Shown: positions 1 to 8,993, counted from the stretch's first letter. The stretch: DNA of 45,492 nt from a bacterium (GCA_043812655.1 JBDRLW010000001.1:1-45492); one strand, 5' to 3'. The notes: generated from the sequence alone by a model not told the origin. Numbers and translations: made by a program.

Positions 1-452
1 GAAACAATGGTTATTCCATAACCGGCTAGATCGATAGCTAACTTTTTAGCAAACTCAAGGCCATAGCGTGACGCTTTTCTTGTCCCCACAATAGCTAGCG
101 TCTTCTCTTCCGGCTTTGCCAGTTCGCCTTTAAAATATAAAACCGGCGGCGGATCATAAATATGTTTTAATAACTCGGGATATGATTCATCGTCTAGGGT
201 TACAACATTCACACCAGCTATTTTTGCCAGTTCAGTTTCGGGATCAACATTTTTTCGATTATTAAGGAAGGAATTAACCGCTTTTCGGTTCACCCCTTCT
301 GTTTGTAATATTTCTTGATGGTCAGCCTGCCATACTTTGTCAATTGAACCAAAATGATCAACCAACTTCTTGATCGTCACCGGCCCAAGATCGGGGATAT
401 TATTGATCGCTAGCCAATATTTAATGTTGTTGTTCAACTGTTTGCGTTTCAT
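1..452 (-). CDS. dprA: DNA-processing protein DprA, 3' end beyond the window edge
   Basis: Manual translation from ATG at 452 gives MKRKQLNNNIKYWLAINNIPDLGPVTIKKL...YPELLKHIYDPPPVLYFKG...LAIVGTRKASRYG, matching DprA/Smf motifs. Confidence 0.93.
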   Translation of the reverse strand, partial: MKRKQLNNNIKYWLAINNIPDLGPVTIKKLVDHFGSIDKVWQADHQEILQTEGVNRKAVNSFLNNRKNVDPETELAKIAGVNVVTLDDESYPELLKHIYDPPPVLYFKGELAKPEEKTLAIVGTRKASRYGLEFAKKLAIDLAGYGITIV

Positions 453-993
453 GCAAAGCGGACTTGAACAAGTTTTCCTGCTCTAACTCGGAAGAAGGCA
501 GCGGGGGCAACGTGGAGACACTTTCTATCCCAAAATGCCGGAGGAATTCTTCTGTTGTCGCGTAAAGATACGGATGGCCGACCGCGTCGCTCCGTCCCAC
601 TTCTTTCACTAATTTTTTATCGATCAAACTATCGATCACCCAGCCAGAATCAACCCCGCGCAGTCGTTCGATCTCCGCTTTGGTAACCGGTTGTTTGTAA
701 GCAATGATCGCCAAAGTTTCAAGCGTGCGAGGGGAAAGCCTGGTCTCTTCTTTGGGGTGTAATATTTTCTCAACATATTCGGCGTTCTCTTGGTTTGTCC
801 CCATTAGATAGCCGCCCGCAACTTTAACGATCTGAATGCCACGGGCTTGCATTTCGGCGATCATTTCCTCTAAAACAGAAAAAAGAAGGTCCTGGGGAAT
901 TTCCATAACTCCTTCCAATTCCTCAAGCGACAGAGGTTCTCGCGCCACAAATAACAATGATTCAATAATACTTTTAATCCTCGCCGTTTCCAT
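421..993 (-). CDS. scpB: SMC-Scp complex subunit ScpB
   Basis: IESLLF, LETLAIIAYKQPVTKAEIERLRGV and TTEEFLRHFG motifs. Start moved to ATG 993 after a GGAGGTG RBS. Confidence 0.95.
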   Translation of the reverse strand: METARIKSIIESLLFVAREPLSLEELEGVMEIPQDLLFSVLEEMIAEMQARGIQIVKVAGGYLMGTNQENAEYVEKILHPKEETRLSPRTLETLAIIAYKQPVTKAEIERLRGVDSGWVIDSLIDKKLVKEVGRSDAVGHPYLYATTEEFLRHFGIESVSTLPPLPSSELEQENLFKSALHETQTVEQQH

Positions 994-1732
994 TTGACAC
1001 CTCCACCCTTTCAGCGCCAACCGGCGCCCCAAAGATCAAGATCGAACCGAATTTCCCCTCTTGTTTGATCGCAATGTGACATTGCTTGGCCAGTTCTAAG
1101 ATCGCCAAAAAAGTTACCACAATTTCTAGCCTAGTCTTCCGCAAAAATAATTCCTCGAATGGTAAACCATCGCTGCAGCGGCTTAAAATATTCTTAATTT
1201 CAATGATCCTCTGATCGAGAGTAACTTCTTCTCTTTCAATTTCAACGATCTTTTCTCTTTCGGTCGCTTCCTTATAAACCTTTTGGAAAGCAACGACCAA
1301 GTCGCGCAGTGAAACATCAACTAATTTCACTTCTGGTTCGGTCTCTTCGCCTTCGTGGCGGGAATAGATCCGCCGGAAAATAGCCTTCCTTTCACCCAGA
1401 TCAAGCGCCATTTTCTTAAAAAGCTGGTATTCTTCAAGATGGGAAAGAAGTGAGGCCTCGATACCTTGCAGATCCTCATTTTCTTGCGGCAATTCTTTCT
1501 GGGGCAAAAGGCCTTTGGCTTTAATTTCGATCAAACAAGCCGCCATAAAAAGAAAATCAGACGCCGCTAAAAGGTCACATTGATCTTGTTTCCAATACTC
1601 AAAAAATGAAGCCGTTATCTGGGAAAGAGAGATCTTATAGACATCGATCTTGCCGTCATCGATCGCTTTAAGTAGCAGATCAAATGGGCCTTCAAAGACT
1701 TCGGTTTTGACTTGATAAGCTAATTCCGTCAT
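974..1732 (-). CDS. scpA: Segregation and condensation protein ScpA
   Basis: FEGPFDLLL N-terminus and IVVTFLAILEL C-terminus; adjacent to scpB. Confidence 0.95.
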   Translation of the reverse strand: MTELAYQVKTEVFEGPFDLLLKAIDDGKIDVYKISLSQITASFFEYWKQDQCDLLAASDFLFMAACLIEIKAKGLLPQKELPQENEDLQGIEASLLSHLEEYQLFKKMALDLGERKAIFRRIYSRHEGEETEPEVKLVDVSLRDLVVAFQKVYKEATEREKIVEIEREEVTLDQRIIEIKNILSRCSDGLPFEELFLRKTRLEIVVTFLAILELAKQCHIAIKQEGKFGSILIFGAPVGAERVEVSNGNGED

Positions 1733-2706
1733 GCCAGCCCTACCGCTCGCTTGGCGTCAAGGAGGGTCTCGGCCGCCGATCTTCTGGCTTTTTCCGCTCC
1801 AGCCATTAGTATTTTATCGAGTAATTTATGGTCTTTTTCAAGTTTTTCCCGGCGGGCATGGATCGGCGCTAGATATTCAACCAATATATCTGCCATTTCT
1901 TTTTTACAGGCGACACATCCACGCGTTGCCGCCCTGCACTCTTTGGCCACTTGTTCAATTCTATCTTTAGCAAAAACCTTATAATAAGCGTAAACCGGAC
2001 AGACCTCAGGGTGACCTTTATCTTCTTTTTTTATCCGCGCTGGATCGGTAACCATGATCGAAACTTTTTTCCGCACTACTTCCGGCACATCTGATATTGC
2101 GATCGTATTATTGTAAGATTTGCTCATTTTGCGGCCGTCTGTTCCAGGCAAAACTGGAAAAGCGGTTAAAGCATCTTGCGGTTCGGGGAATATTTCTTTA
2201 TATAAAAAGTTAAACCGCCTGGCAATTTCCCTGGTTAATTCCAGGTGCGGCAGTTGGTCTTCACCGACAGGGACTAAATTCGCCTTATAAATTAAAATGT
2301 CGGCTGCTTGTAGGACTGGGTAGCCTAAAAACCCGTAAGTTCCCAAATCTTTTTCTTTTAACTCTTCGATCTTGCTCTTATAAGTCGGAACCCGCTCCAG
2401 CCAAGGCAGCGGCGTTAACATCGAAAAGATCAGATGGAGCTCGGCGTGTTCTGGTACATCAGATTGTTTGAATAAAACACATTTTTCCGGGTCGATCCCG
2501 GCCGATAATAGGTCGACCGCTACTTGCTTAATATCTTCTTTAAGATTTTTGGTGTCGGCGTATGAAGTGGTTAACGCGTGGAAATCGGCAATGAAAAAAT
2601 GGCAATCGTATTCAGCTTGTAGTTTTACCCAATTCTCAACCGCTCCGATCAAATTCCCGAGATGCAATCTCCCCGTCGGCTGGATTCCAGACAATACTTT
2701 TTTCAT
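1729..2706 (-). CDS. trpS: Tryptophan--tRNA ligase
   Basis: SGIQPTGRLHLGN, YPVLQAADIL, VPVGEDQ and KMSKS motifs. Confidence 0.98.
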   Translation of the reverse strand: MKKVLSGIQPTGRLHLGNLIGAVENWVKLQAEYDCHFFIADFHALTTSYADTKNLKEDIKQVAVDLLSAGIDPEKCVLFKQSDVPEHAELHLIFSMLTPLPWLERVPTYKSKIEELKEKDLGTYGFLGYPVLQAADILIYKANLVPVGEDQLPHLELTREIARRFNFLYKEIFPEPQDALTAFPVLPGTDGRKMSKSYNNTIAISDVPEVVRKKVSIMVTDPARIKKEDKGHPEVCPVYAYYKVFAKDRIEQVAKECRAATRGCVACKKEMADILVEYLAPIHARREKLEKDHKLLDKILMAGAEKARRSAAETLLDAKRAVGLA

Positions 2707-2714
2707 AATATTTT

Positions 2715-2833
2715 TAAATCCTAAGCACTAAACCTTAAACTCTAAATAATTTCAAAGCCCTAAATTCTAATTTTGAAATTCAATATTTTAATTTTGAATT
2801 TATTTAGGATTTAGAATTTAGGTTTTAGGATTT
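2715..2833. repeat. Inverted pair of degenerate heptamer tandem tracts
   Basis: TAAATCC/TAAGCAC/TAAACCT/TAAACTC units face GGATTTA/GAATTTA/GGTTTTA/GGATTT units; overlaps the ftsI stop codon. Confidence 0.75.
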
Positions 2834-4446
2834 GGTTTCATTATACCAGCGTCGGGCTTGACGTTCAAATAACGAAGTGAATACTCAACCACCGTTTTAA
2901 AGACCGGCCCAGCCACGCTCTCTCCCCAAATTGACCCCTTAGGATCATCAACAATGATCAACGCAATTAGTTTCGGGTCGCTTAAAGGGGTCATACCGAT
3001 AAACGAAGCAATATAATGGTCCTTCATATAACCGCCGTTTGGGCCGGCTTTTTGCGCTGTCCCGGTTTTGCCGCCAACCGTAAACCAATCCATGTTGGCC
3101 CGATGGCCAGAGCCATAGAGGACCACGTTGTGCATCAATTTTTTCATTTCATCGGCGGTTTGGCGCGAAACTGCCGTGTCACGATATTTACCAGCAAAGG
3201 TTTTAACGAATTGTCCGTCACTGCTTTCAATTTTTTTAACGATCACCGGACGGATTGTCTTGCCATTATTAGCAAAAGCCGAAATGGCCGATATTAACTG
3301 AATTGGAGTAACCGCTACTCCCTGCCCAAAAGTGATCATCCCAATATCCGGCTTATACCATCTTTCCGGGCGGCGCAAGATCCCCCGCGATTCCCCCTCG
3401 AGGCCAAAATCGGTCGTTTCACCAAACCCAAACTTCTTGATCAGGCCATAAAATTTTTCTGGCCCCAATTTTAAGCCGATCTGGGCAACGCTTGTATTGA
3501 GCGACATTTCTAGGGTCTTGGAGAGAGAAACCCGCGGCCCATCCCATTTGATCTTATGGGAATTCTCAATTATCCTGCCGCCGATCTCTATCTTATCAAG
3601 CGCTTTCAATTTTGAATCGGGTTTTATAACTCCCTCTTCTAGCCCAGCGGCGACCGTGATCAACTTAAAAGTTGAACCAGGCTCATAAGGGTTAATATAG
3701 CGGGGATGCCAGAGTTTTCGGTCGAACTGGCCATAATTATTAGGATCATAATCAGGCTTGCTGGCTAACGCCAGGATCTCTCCGTTCTTCGCGTCCATTA
3801 CTATGATTGTTCCGCTAAGCGCGTTATGTTTTTTTATCTGCTCCGTTATTTCCCGTTCGGCAATATATTGGATGTTTTCGTCGATCGTCAGCGTCACATC
3901 TAGCCCGTTCTCGCTTGGTTCAATTTCGCGCAAGGCGCCGTAAAGCTCCCGGCCTTCCGGGTCTCCTTCGGTCACTACTTTCCCCTCTTTACCCCGAAGA
4001 TATTTATCCCAAGCCATTTCAACCCCCGCCAAGCCCTGGTTATCAGCGCCAACAAAACCGATCAATTGAGCCGCTAGGTGTCCCTTAGGATAAAATCTTT
4101 TTTTCTCCTTAAGCAAAAAGATCTGTTTTGGGGCTTGTCCTTTTATTTTTTCCGCCTCGGCTAGCGGGAGTTTTCTGGCCAACCAGGCAAACCTTGGTCT
4201 TTGGGTAAAGACCGAATAGGTATCGATCGATGTGGCCAGCACCCGGCCGTTCCGGTCAAATATATCGCCCCGGTTAGACGCTAAATTAATGATCCTGGTC
4301 CGCTGGTCAAGAGATCTTTCCTGGAAAAAACGATACTGGACGATTTGTAGCCAAAAAAGACGGATTACAATAATCACAAAAATAAAAAAGAAGATCGAAA
4401 GCAAGAAGCTGATTTTTTTTCGATATTCAAACTTTAATTCTGGCAT
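2818..4446 (-). CDS. ftsI: Class B penicillin-binding protein, FtsI/SpoVD-like
   Basis: N-terminal TM segment, RGDIFDRNG, EPGSTFK (SxxK), SLN (SxN) and KTGTAQK. Confidence 0.85.
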   Translation of the reverse strand: MPELKFEYRKKISFLLSIFFFIFVIIVIRLFWLQIVQYRFFQERSLDQRTRIINLASNRGDIFDRNGRVLATSIDTYSVFTQRPRFAWLARKLPLAEAEKIKGQAPKQIFLLKEKKRFYPKGHLAAQLIGFVGADNQGLAGVEMAWDKYLRGKEGKVVTEGDPEGRELYGALREIEPSENGLDVTLTIDENIQYIAEREITEQIKKHNALSGTIIVMDAKNGEILALASKPDYDPNNYGQFDRKLWHPRYINPYEPGSTFKLITVAAGLEEGVIKPDSKLKALDKIEIGGRIIENSHKIKWDGPRVSLSKTLEMSLNTSVAQIGLKLGPEKFYGLIKKFGFGETTDFGLEGESRGILRRPERWYKPDIGMITFGQGVAVTPIQLISAISAFANNGKTIRPVIVKKIESSDGQFVKTFAGKYRDTAVSRQTADEMKKLMHNVVLYGSGHRANMDWFTVGGKTGTAQKAGPNGGYMKDHYIASFIGMTPLSDPKLIALIIVDDPKGSIWGESVAGPVFKTVVEYSLRYLNVKPDAGIMKPNPKT

Positions 4447-5363
4447 AACGATAAAAGCAATAACTCAAAAGTAACCACCGGTTGTTCCCCTGTCTTAAGC
4501 CGCATGTTCGCCGTTAATAAAGACAAAAACTTCTGTTTCAGCTCCGGCAGGGAAAAACGGCTGATATTATCCTGGCATTTTTTAATAAAATATGGGCTTC
4601 CGCCAATTATTCTGGCCATTCGATTATGGTCTGTCTCATTCTTTGGCAGTGATTTCATCTGCACCATCAAGCGATACTGGGTGATTAAAAGGCCGGTTAA
4701 AGCAAAGATATCTTCTTTATTTCTTAACAGGCTTTGCCAAACCGCTAAAACTCTCTTAATATTTTTCTCCCTTAAAGCATCAAGTAAGGCAAAGGCGTTG
4801 ACCTCCCCTGGGGTAGCCAGGCGCATAATATCTGCTTCGCCTATTTCTTTCCCTTCTCCCACATATGTCGTCAATTTACAGATCTCGCTGTTAAGGACGC
4901 GTAAATTGTTGCCGCAAATTTCAGTTAACAGCCTCGCCGCCCCTTTTTTAAATCTCCCTTTTTTCTCTACCCAGGAAATCAATTCTTGTTGTTCCCAGGG
5001 AGCAAAAGTTTTAAATTCCACGGCTTCTCCCTGGCTGCTGATAAATTTATATAATTTTGACCGTTTATCAATGTTGTCACAATTAAAAATAACGGTTACA
5101 TCGGGCGAGATTTCCTTTAATAGGGTTAAATAGCTCTCTTGCTCTTCGGCTAAAACTTTAAATTTATTGATAATGACCAGCCGACTGCCTCCAAGCAAAG
5201 TTTGGCTGCATAATGCCGCCGCTAATTTTTCCAGAGAAAGGGCCTTGCCATCTAATATTTCAAGGTTAAATGAGGGGTTATCAACCTTTTCCTTAAAAGC
5301 GTTTATTCTTTCATCAGCTAGAAAATTTTCTTCCCCATAAAATAGGTAGAGTTGTTTTTTCAT
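4434..5363 (-). CDS. holA: DNA polymerase III subunit delta
   Basis: LYLFYGEENFL start, DKRSKLYK, EICKL and LKTG motifs; typical length. Confidence 0.9.
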   Translation of the reverse strand: MKKQLYLFYGEENFLADERINAFKEKVDNPSFNLEILDGKALSLEKLAAALCSQTLLGGSRLVIINKFKVLAEEQESYLTLLKEISPDVTVIFNCDNIDKRSKLYKFISSQGEAVEFKTFAPWEQQELISWVEKKGRFKKGAARLLTEICGNNLRVLNSEICKLTTYVGEGKEIGEADIMRLATPGEVNAFALLDALREKNIKRVLAVWQSLLRNKEDIFALTGLLITQYRLMVQMKSLPKNETDHNRMARIIGGSPYFIKKCQDNISRFSLPELKQKFLSLLTANMRLKTGEQPVVTFELLLLSLCQN

Positions 5364-5378
5364 GTCCTGATTTTTACT

Positions 5379-5451
5379 AGCCGACGGCCAGGATTGAACT
5401 GGCGACCTGCTGTTTACGAAACAGCTGCTCTACCAACTGAGCTACGTCGGC
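5379..5451 (-). tRNA. tRNA-Thr(CGT)
   Basis: Cloverleaf GCCGACGTAGCTCAGTTGGTAGAGC..., anticodon loop TTCGTAA. Confidence 0.95.
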
Positions 5452-5454
5452 ATT

Positions 5455-5527
<73 letters not shown>

Positions 5528-5529
5528 TT

Positions 5530-5546
5530 GTCCGCCAAAGGCGGAC
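5530..5546. repeat. Short GC hairpin GTCCGCC-AAA-GGCGGAC (REP-like)
   Basis: Perfect 7-bp stem; shares the core CCGCC-N3-GGCGG with the unit at 8884-8902. Confidence 0.65.
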
Positions 5547-5554
5547 GGAAACTT

Positions 5555-6991
5555 TTACCAGCGGCTCATTAGGAGCCGGGCATTTTCATTGTGCGGTAAG
5601 GTTTGGCGGGTATCAACATCAACTAACCAATCAAATGATTCGAGCGCACCGCCCCCTTGGGTACAAAGATAACTAACAATGAACTTTTCTCCTTTTTTCT
5701 TTACCTGCCAGCCTTTTTCCACTACCGGGGTGCCAAGCGACTTGGTCAAGCCGATAACCGATTTAATGGCAACATCAATATTTGTCCCTTTATTTGTCTT
5801 TTCACCCCTGATCATATTAATTGATTCCTTAGCCAACATCGGCGCGATCTTTTGAGTTTTAGGTTTGGCAGCTACCGCGTCATAATTTTTCAGCTTAAGT
5901 TTCGCCCGCATTTCCACATTATCCGGATCAAGTTTTAACGCTTCCCGCCAAGCATTGTTTGCCTCCGTCATCATTCCAAGCTGCCGGAAGCTATCACCCA
6001 TCTCTTTCCAAGAGGCCAGAGAATCATCTTTAAGTTCTGTGGCTTTCCGAAATAAGGCAATGGCTTCGTTATATCGCTTGGCTTTAAATTTCCCATGTCC
6101 AACTTTCTCTAACCTTAAAGAAAGATCATTGGCATAGATGTTAATAGCCGGATCACGATCATCGATCTTTAGCGCCATTTTTAAGTTATTGAACGCAGAC
6201 TCAAGCTCCCCCAGTTTGTCATAACTTTTAGCCAACCCTAAATAACCTTTAGCCAGGTTGGGATCAACCGTTATGGCATTTTTATAATGTTTAATTGCCG
6301 CGGTATAGTTTTTGGCATTGTAAGCTACACTACCTAGATAATAATAATCTTCTGTCGGCTCTTTAACATAAGAAGCCGGCACCCAACCCTCTTTCCCATC
6401 ATCAAAAACAACCTTATACCAGGCGGTTTTTGATGAGCCGGTGATCACCTGTCCCGCGTAAAGGATTCTCCTCCCGCTGCCGGAATAAGCCGCGCAGGTC
6501 GAAACAACGGTTAGCGGCCAGCCGGTATTAGCAACCATTTCGTCCTCCTCCAATTTTTTCCCCACTGACCAATAAGACTTCGGGCTTTCAATACAAAATT
6601 CGACCGTCCGCTTAATGCTCCCCTTTTTCCCTACGATCAGATAACGAACCACATGAAGCCCATTGGCCACGTTGGATGGCAAGCGATAAACCCCGCTCCA
6701 GGATCGGCCATCTTTAGACGACAAGGCAACTTGCTTGGAAGTAAAGTCAAATATTGCCATAACCGCCAAGACTTTTGAAGTTGTCCTGACGCCTAAAGAA
6801 ATAGCCTTATCTTCTTTGACCGATTTAGGAAAAACAAACGACTCAACCCACGCCAGAGAAAGCTGTTCTCCCGGCTGTGTCGGCCCAGACTTTAAACTTA
6901 GGTTCTCACGGTCAAAGACCCCTTCAAGCGCCCAAACCGAACTAGCAATGACCAATAAATAAACCAGTACCAAGCCGCCAATCTTTTTCAT
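5555..6991 (-). CDS. Exported TPR-repeat protein with an SH3-like segment
   Basis: Signal peptide, WYKVVFDDGKEGWV (SH3b-like) and several TPR-like helical repeats. Confidence 0.75.
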   Translation of the reverse strand: MKKIGGLVLVYLLVIASSVWALEGVFDRENLSLKSGPTQPGEQLSLAWVESFVFPKSVKEDKAISLGVRTTSKVLAVMAIFDFTSKQVALSSKDGRSWSGVYRLPSNVANGLHVVRYLIVGKKGSIKRTVEFCIESPKSYWSVGKKLEEDEMVANTGWPLTVVSTCAAYSGSGRRILYAGQVITGSSKTAWYKVVFDDGKEGWVPASYVKEPTEDYYYLGSVAYNAKNYTAAIKHYKNAITVDPNLAKGYLGLAKSYDKLGELESAFNNLKMALKIDDRDPAINIYANDLSLRLEKVGHGKFKAKRYNEAIALFRKATELKDDSLASWKEMGDSFRQLGMMTEANNAWREALKLDPDNVEMRAKLKLKNYDAVAAKPKTQKIAPMLAKESINMIRGEKTNKGTNIDVAIKSVIGLTKSLGTPVVEKGWQVKKKGEKFIVSYLCTQGGGALESFDWLVDVDTRQTLPHNENARLLMSRW

Positions 6992-7010
6992 TTAATTCCC
7001 TCCTCGCTAA

Positions 7011-7649
7011 CTAATAAGTCAACAAGATGTTATCAACTCGGCAATCAACTTCTCCCTGCTCTTTGCCGGTTATCAGGATCAATTGTATTTTCAATAAGCC
7101 GCCAGAGCCATCTTTCTGTTCGGGATTCCAGATCCCGTCGCCATTGCCCGGATTTTCCAGGCGAAAAGCGGAAAACGGGATCGAAACCCTGGTAAAACCA
7201 GGGCCCAAAACCGGGACCTCGGCCACCCATTTATCATCTTTCGTCGGCATCCAATCTTTAGCTGCATCTTGTTCTAGGCTCTCATTCCCATTATCATCAT
7301 CGAACAATTCGATCTTCATCTTGCCGCCGGTCTCGCTCCCATAAACATCCATCTGCAACCTGGTGTAAGGGCTGGCATCTATCCCAATGTCATAACCGCA
7401 ACCGCCGACAAACCAGTTAAGGCTGCTTCCCTTAAGCCGTAAGGCATATTCACCGCAAGATTCCTGGACAATATCTTTAACTGTCCCCTCAAGCGACGGA
7501 TTTTTTTCCACGGTCATTTGGACGTTGCCAAAACGATACCATTTCGTCGCCTGGCCACTCTCAAAATTATCGATCATAAAAAAAGAAAACTCCGCCCAAA
7601 CCGCCGTCCCCAGTAGGATCAACCCCAAAACTTTGCCAACTTGTCTCAT
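7011..7649 (-). CDS. Exported protein with a CBM11/CIA30-like carbohydrate-binding fold
   Basis: Signal peptide, IDNFE start, RVSIPFSAF and VDNI end. Confidence 0.55.
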   Translation of the reverse strand: MRQVGKVLGLILLGTAVWAEFSFFMIDNFESGQATKWYRFGNVQMTVEKNPSLEGTVKDIVQESCGEYALRLKGSSLNWFVGGCGYDIGIDASPYTRLQMDVYGSETGGKMKIELFDDDNGNESLEQDAAKDWMPTKDDKWVAEVPVLGPGFTRVSIPFSAFRLENPGNGDGIWNPEQKDGSGGLLKIQLILITGKEQGEVDCRVDNILLTY

Positions 7650-8176
7650 TTCTTTTTCTTAGAAACTCTAGTCGGTTTTCGGCCTCCTTTTTTTATTATT
7701 TTCAAAGCTTTGACCACTTTGACTTTTGACTTGATCAGCTTAACCGCTGGGCGCTTTTTGGCCAAGAACTCGGCCTTGTCACTTTTTAGCTTTTCGCATT
7801 CTCTGGTTAAGTTATGGAGCGACTGCTCTAAAGCCTCTTTTGATTTTTTCAATCCTTCCAGCATACTGCATAAATTACGGACCTGTTTTTGCAATTCATC
7901 ATTTTTCATCTCAAGCTGGCACTTTTCAAACTTTAATTCATCTGCTTTAAAAGATAATTTTTCCACTTCTTCATTTTTTTGCTCCTGGACCATGGACGGA
8001 GCTTCGGCCGTTGGCTTCATCGCGCCAACCAACCGGCCGGAGCGAAAAACCTTATACCCCCGGTAAGCTGATAGAGTCGCCATAAAAAATGTCGCTAATC
8101 CAGCCAACAAGTAGGTAATATTTATTTGTGGGGAATTTCCGCCGGTCATCAGAACCTGAGCTAAATTTGGTGCCAT
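7646..8176 (-). CDS. Hypothetical membrane-anchored coiled-coil protein with a basic tail
   Basis: One TM segment, heptad-rich middle, Lys-rich C-terminus; AGGAGG RBS. Confidence 0.7.
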   Translation of the reverse strand: MAPNLAQVLMTGGNSPQINITYLLAGLATFFMATLSAYRGYKVFRSGRLVGAMKPTAEAPSMVQEQKNEEVEKLSFKADELKFEKCQLEMKNDELQKQVRNLCSMLEGLKKSKEALEQSLHNLTRECEKLKSDKAEFLAKKRPAVKLIKSKVKVVKALKIIKKGGRKPTRVSKKKK

Positions 8177-8231
8177 CTTTACCCTCCTTACCCGTCTTGC
8201 GCGGGTTTATCATACCACATTTTTCGAAAAT

Positions 8232-8304
8232 TGGCGCAGGCCGGAATTGAACCGGCGACGCACGCCTTTTCAGGGCGTCGCTCTACCAACTGAGCTACCG
8301 CGCC
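8232..8304 (-). tRNA. tRNA-Phe(GAA)
   Basis: Cloverleaf, anticodon arm ACGCC-CTGAAAA-GGCGT. Confidence 0.95.
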
Positions 8305-8316
8305 AAATCTTCGAAT

Positions 8317-8389
8317 TGACCCGCGTGCGACTCGAACGCACCACCACTTGCTTAAAAGGCAAGTGCTCTACCCGATGAGCTAGCGGGTC
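8317..8389 (-). tRNA. tRNA-Lys(TTT)
   Basis: Cloverleaf, anticodon arm CTTGC-CTTTTAA-GCAAG. Confidence 0.93.
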
Positions 8390-8400
8390 ACAATTCAATA

Positions 8401-8476
8401 CGGGCCCGAAGGGATTTGAACCCTCGGTCTCCTGCGTGACAGGCAGGCGTGTTAGGCCAGGCTACACCACGGGCCC
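8401..8476 (-). tRNA. tRNA-Asp(GTC)
   Basis: Cloverleaf, anticodon arm CCTGC-CTGTCAC-GCAGG. Confidence 0.95.
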
Positions 8477-8510
8477 AGGGACCTTTTTATTATATCACAC
8501 AAACTTAAAA

Positions 8511-8597
8511 CGGAGGGAGGAGGATTCGAACCCCCGGTACGCTTTCGCGCACAGTAGTTTTCAAGACTACCGCCATCAACCACTCGGCCATCCCTCC
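8511..8597 (-). tRNA. tRNA-Ser(TGA)
   Basis: Anticodon arm GTAGT-CTTGAAA-ACTAC with a long variable arm. Confidence 0.95.
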
Positions 8598-8609
8598 ACA
8601 AAAGAATCT

Positions 8610-8849
8610 TCAACCCAAAATACTCTTAATGAATGCTCTACCTTTTCCAGACTTCAAATATTTCTCTCTTTCCCTTGCCTTCAAACTATTGTCAACTTTT
8701 TCTTGGTAAACAATTAAATATGGTTTATAAGCTTTTATTGATTTTACTTTTCCGCTATTATGTCTCATCAACCTATCTTTAATGTCTCTTGTAAAACCAA
8801 TATATAATCTACCGATCAATTCACTTTTTAAAACATAAACCGTATACAT
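8610..8849 (-). CDS. Small stand-alone GIY-YIG nuclease
   Basis: MYTVYVLKS...LYIGFT...RLMRHNSG...AREREKYLKSGKGR. Start taken at ATG 8849. Confidence 0.92.
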   Translation of the reverse strand: MYTVYVLKSELIGRLYIGFTRDIKDRLMRHNSGKVKSIKAYKPYLIVYQEKVDNSLKAREREKYLKSGKGRAFIKSILG

Positions 8850-8853
8850 TCTC

Positions 8854-8923
8854 ACTACCGCCATTTTACCCGCCGCAGGAGGGTTTACCCGCCTTTGGCG
8901 GGCAACCACTCGGCCATCCCTCC
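8854..8923 (-). pseudogene. Duplicated 5' fragment of tRNA-Ser(TGA) interrupted by a 38-nt palindromic insertion
   Basis: 8854-8864 equals 8566-8576 and 8903-8923 equals 8577-8597; the insert 8865-8902 is two 19-nt units. Confidence 0.9.
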
Positions 8924-8934
8924 CAACAAAAAAA

Positions 8935-8993
8935 CGGAGGAGGCGAGATTTGAACTCGCGCGCCGCTTTCGCGACCTAACGGTTTAGCAAACC
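8935..8993 (-). repeat. att site: displaced 3' part of tRNA-Ser(GCT)
   Basis: 59-nt direct repeat of 15271-15329 with 3 mismatches, starting at the anticodon arm. Confidence 0.95.

Noticed and set aside
8436..8717. 93-aa + strand ORF
   Set aside because: Antisense to tRNA-Asp, tRNA-Ser and the GIY-YIG gene.
8850..8909. N-terminal extension of the GIY-YIG ORF (MVARQRRVNPPAAGK...)
   Set aside because: Translated from the tRNA fragment and hairpin insert; the family-typical start is MYTVYVL at 8849.
8935..8993. Possible additional tRNA-Ser gene
   Set aside because: Lacks the 5' acceptor strand and D-arm; it is the att duplicate.
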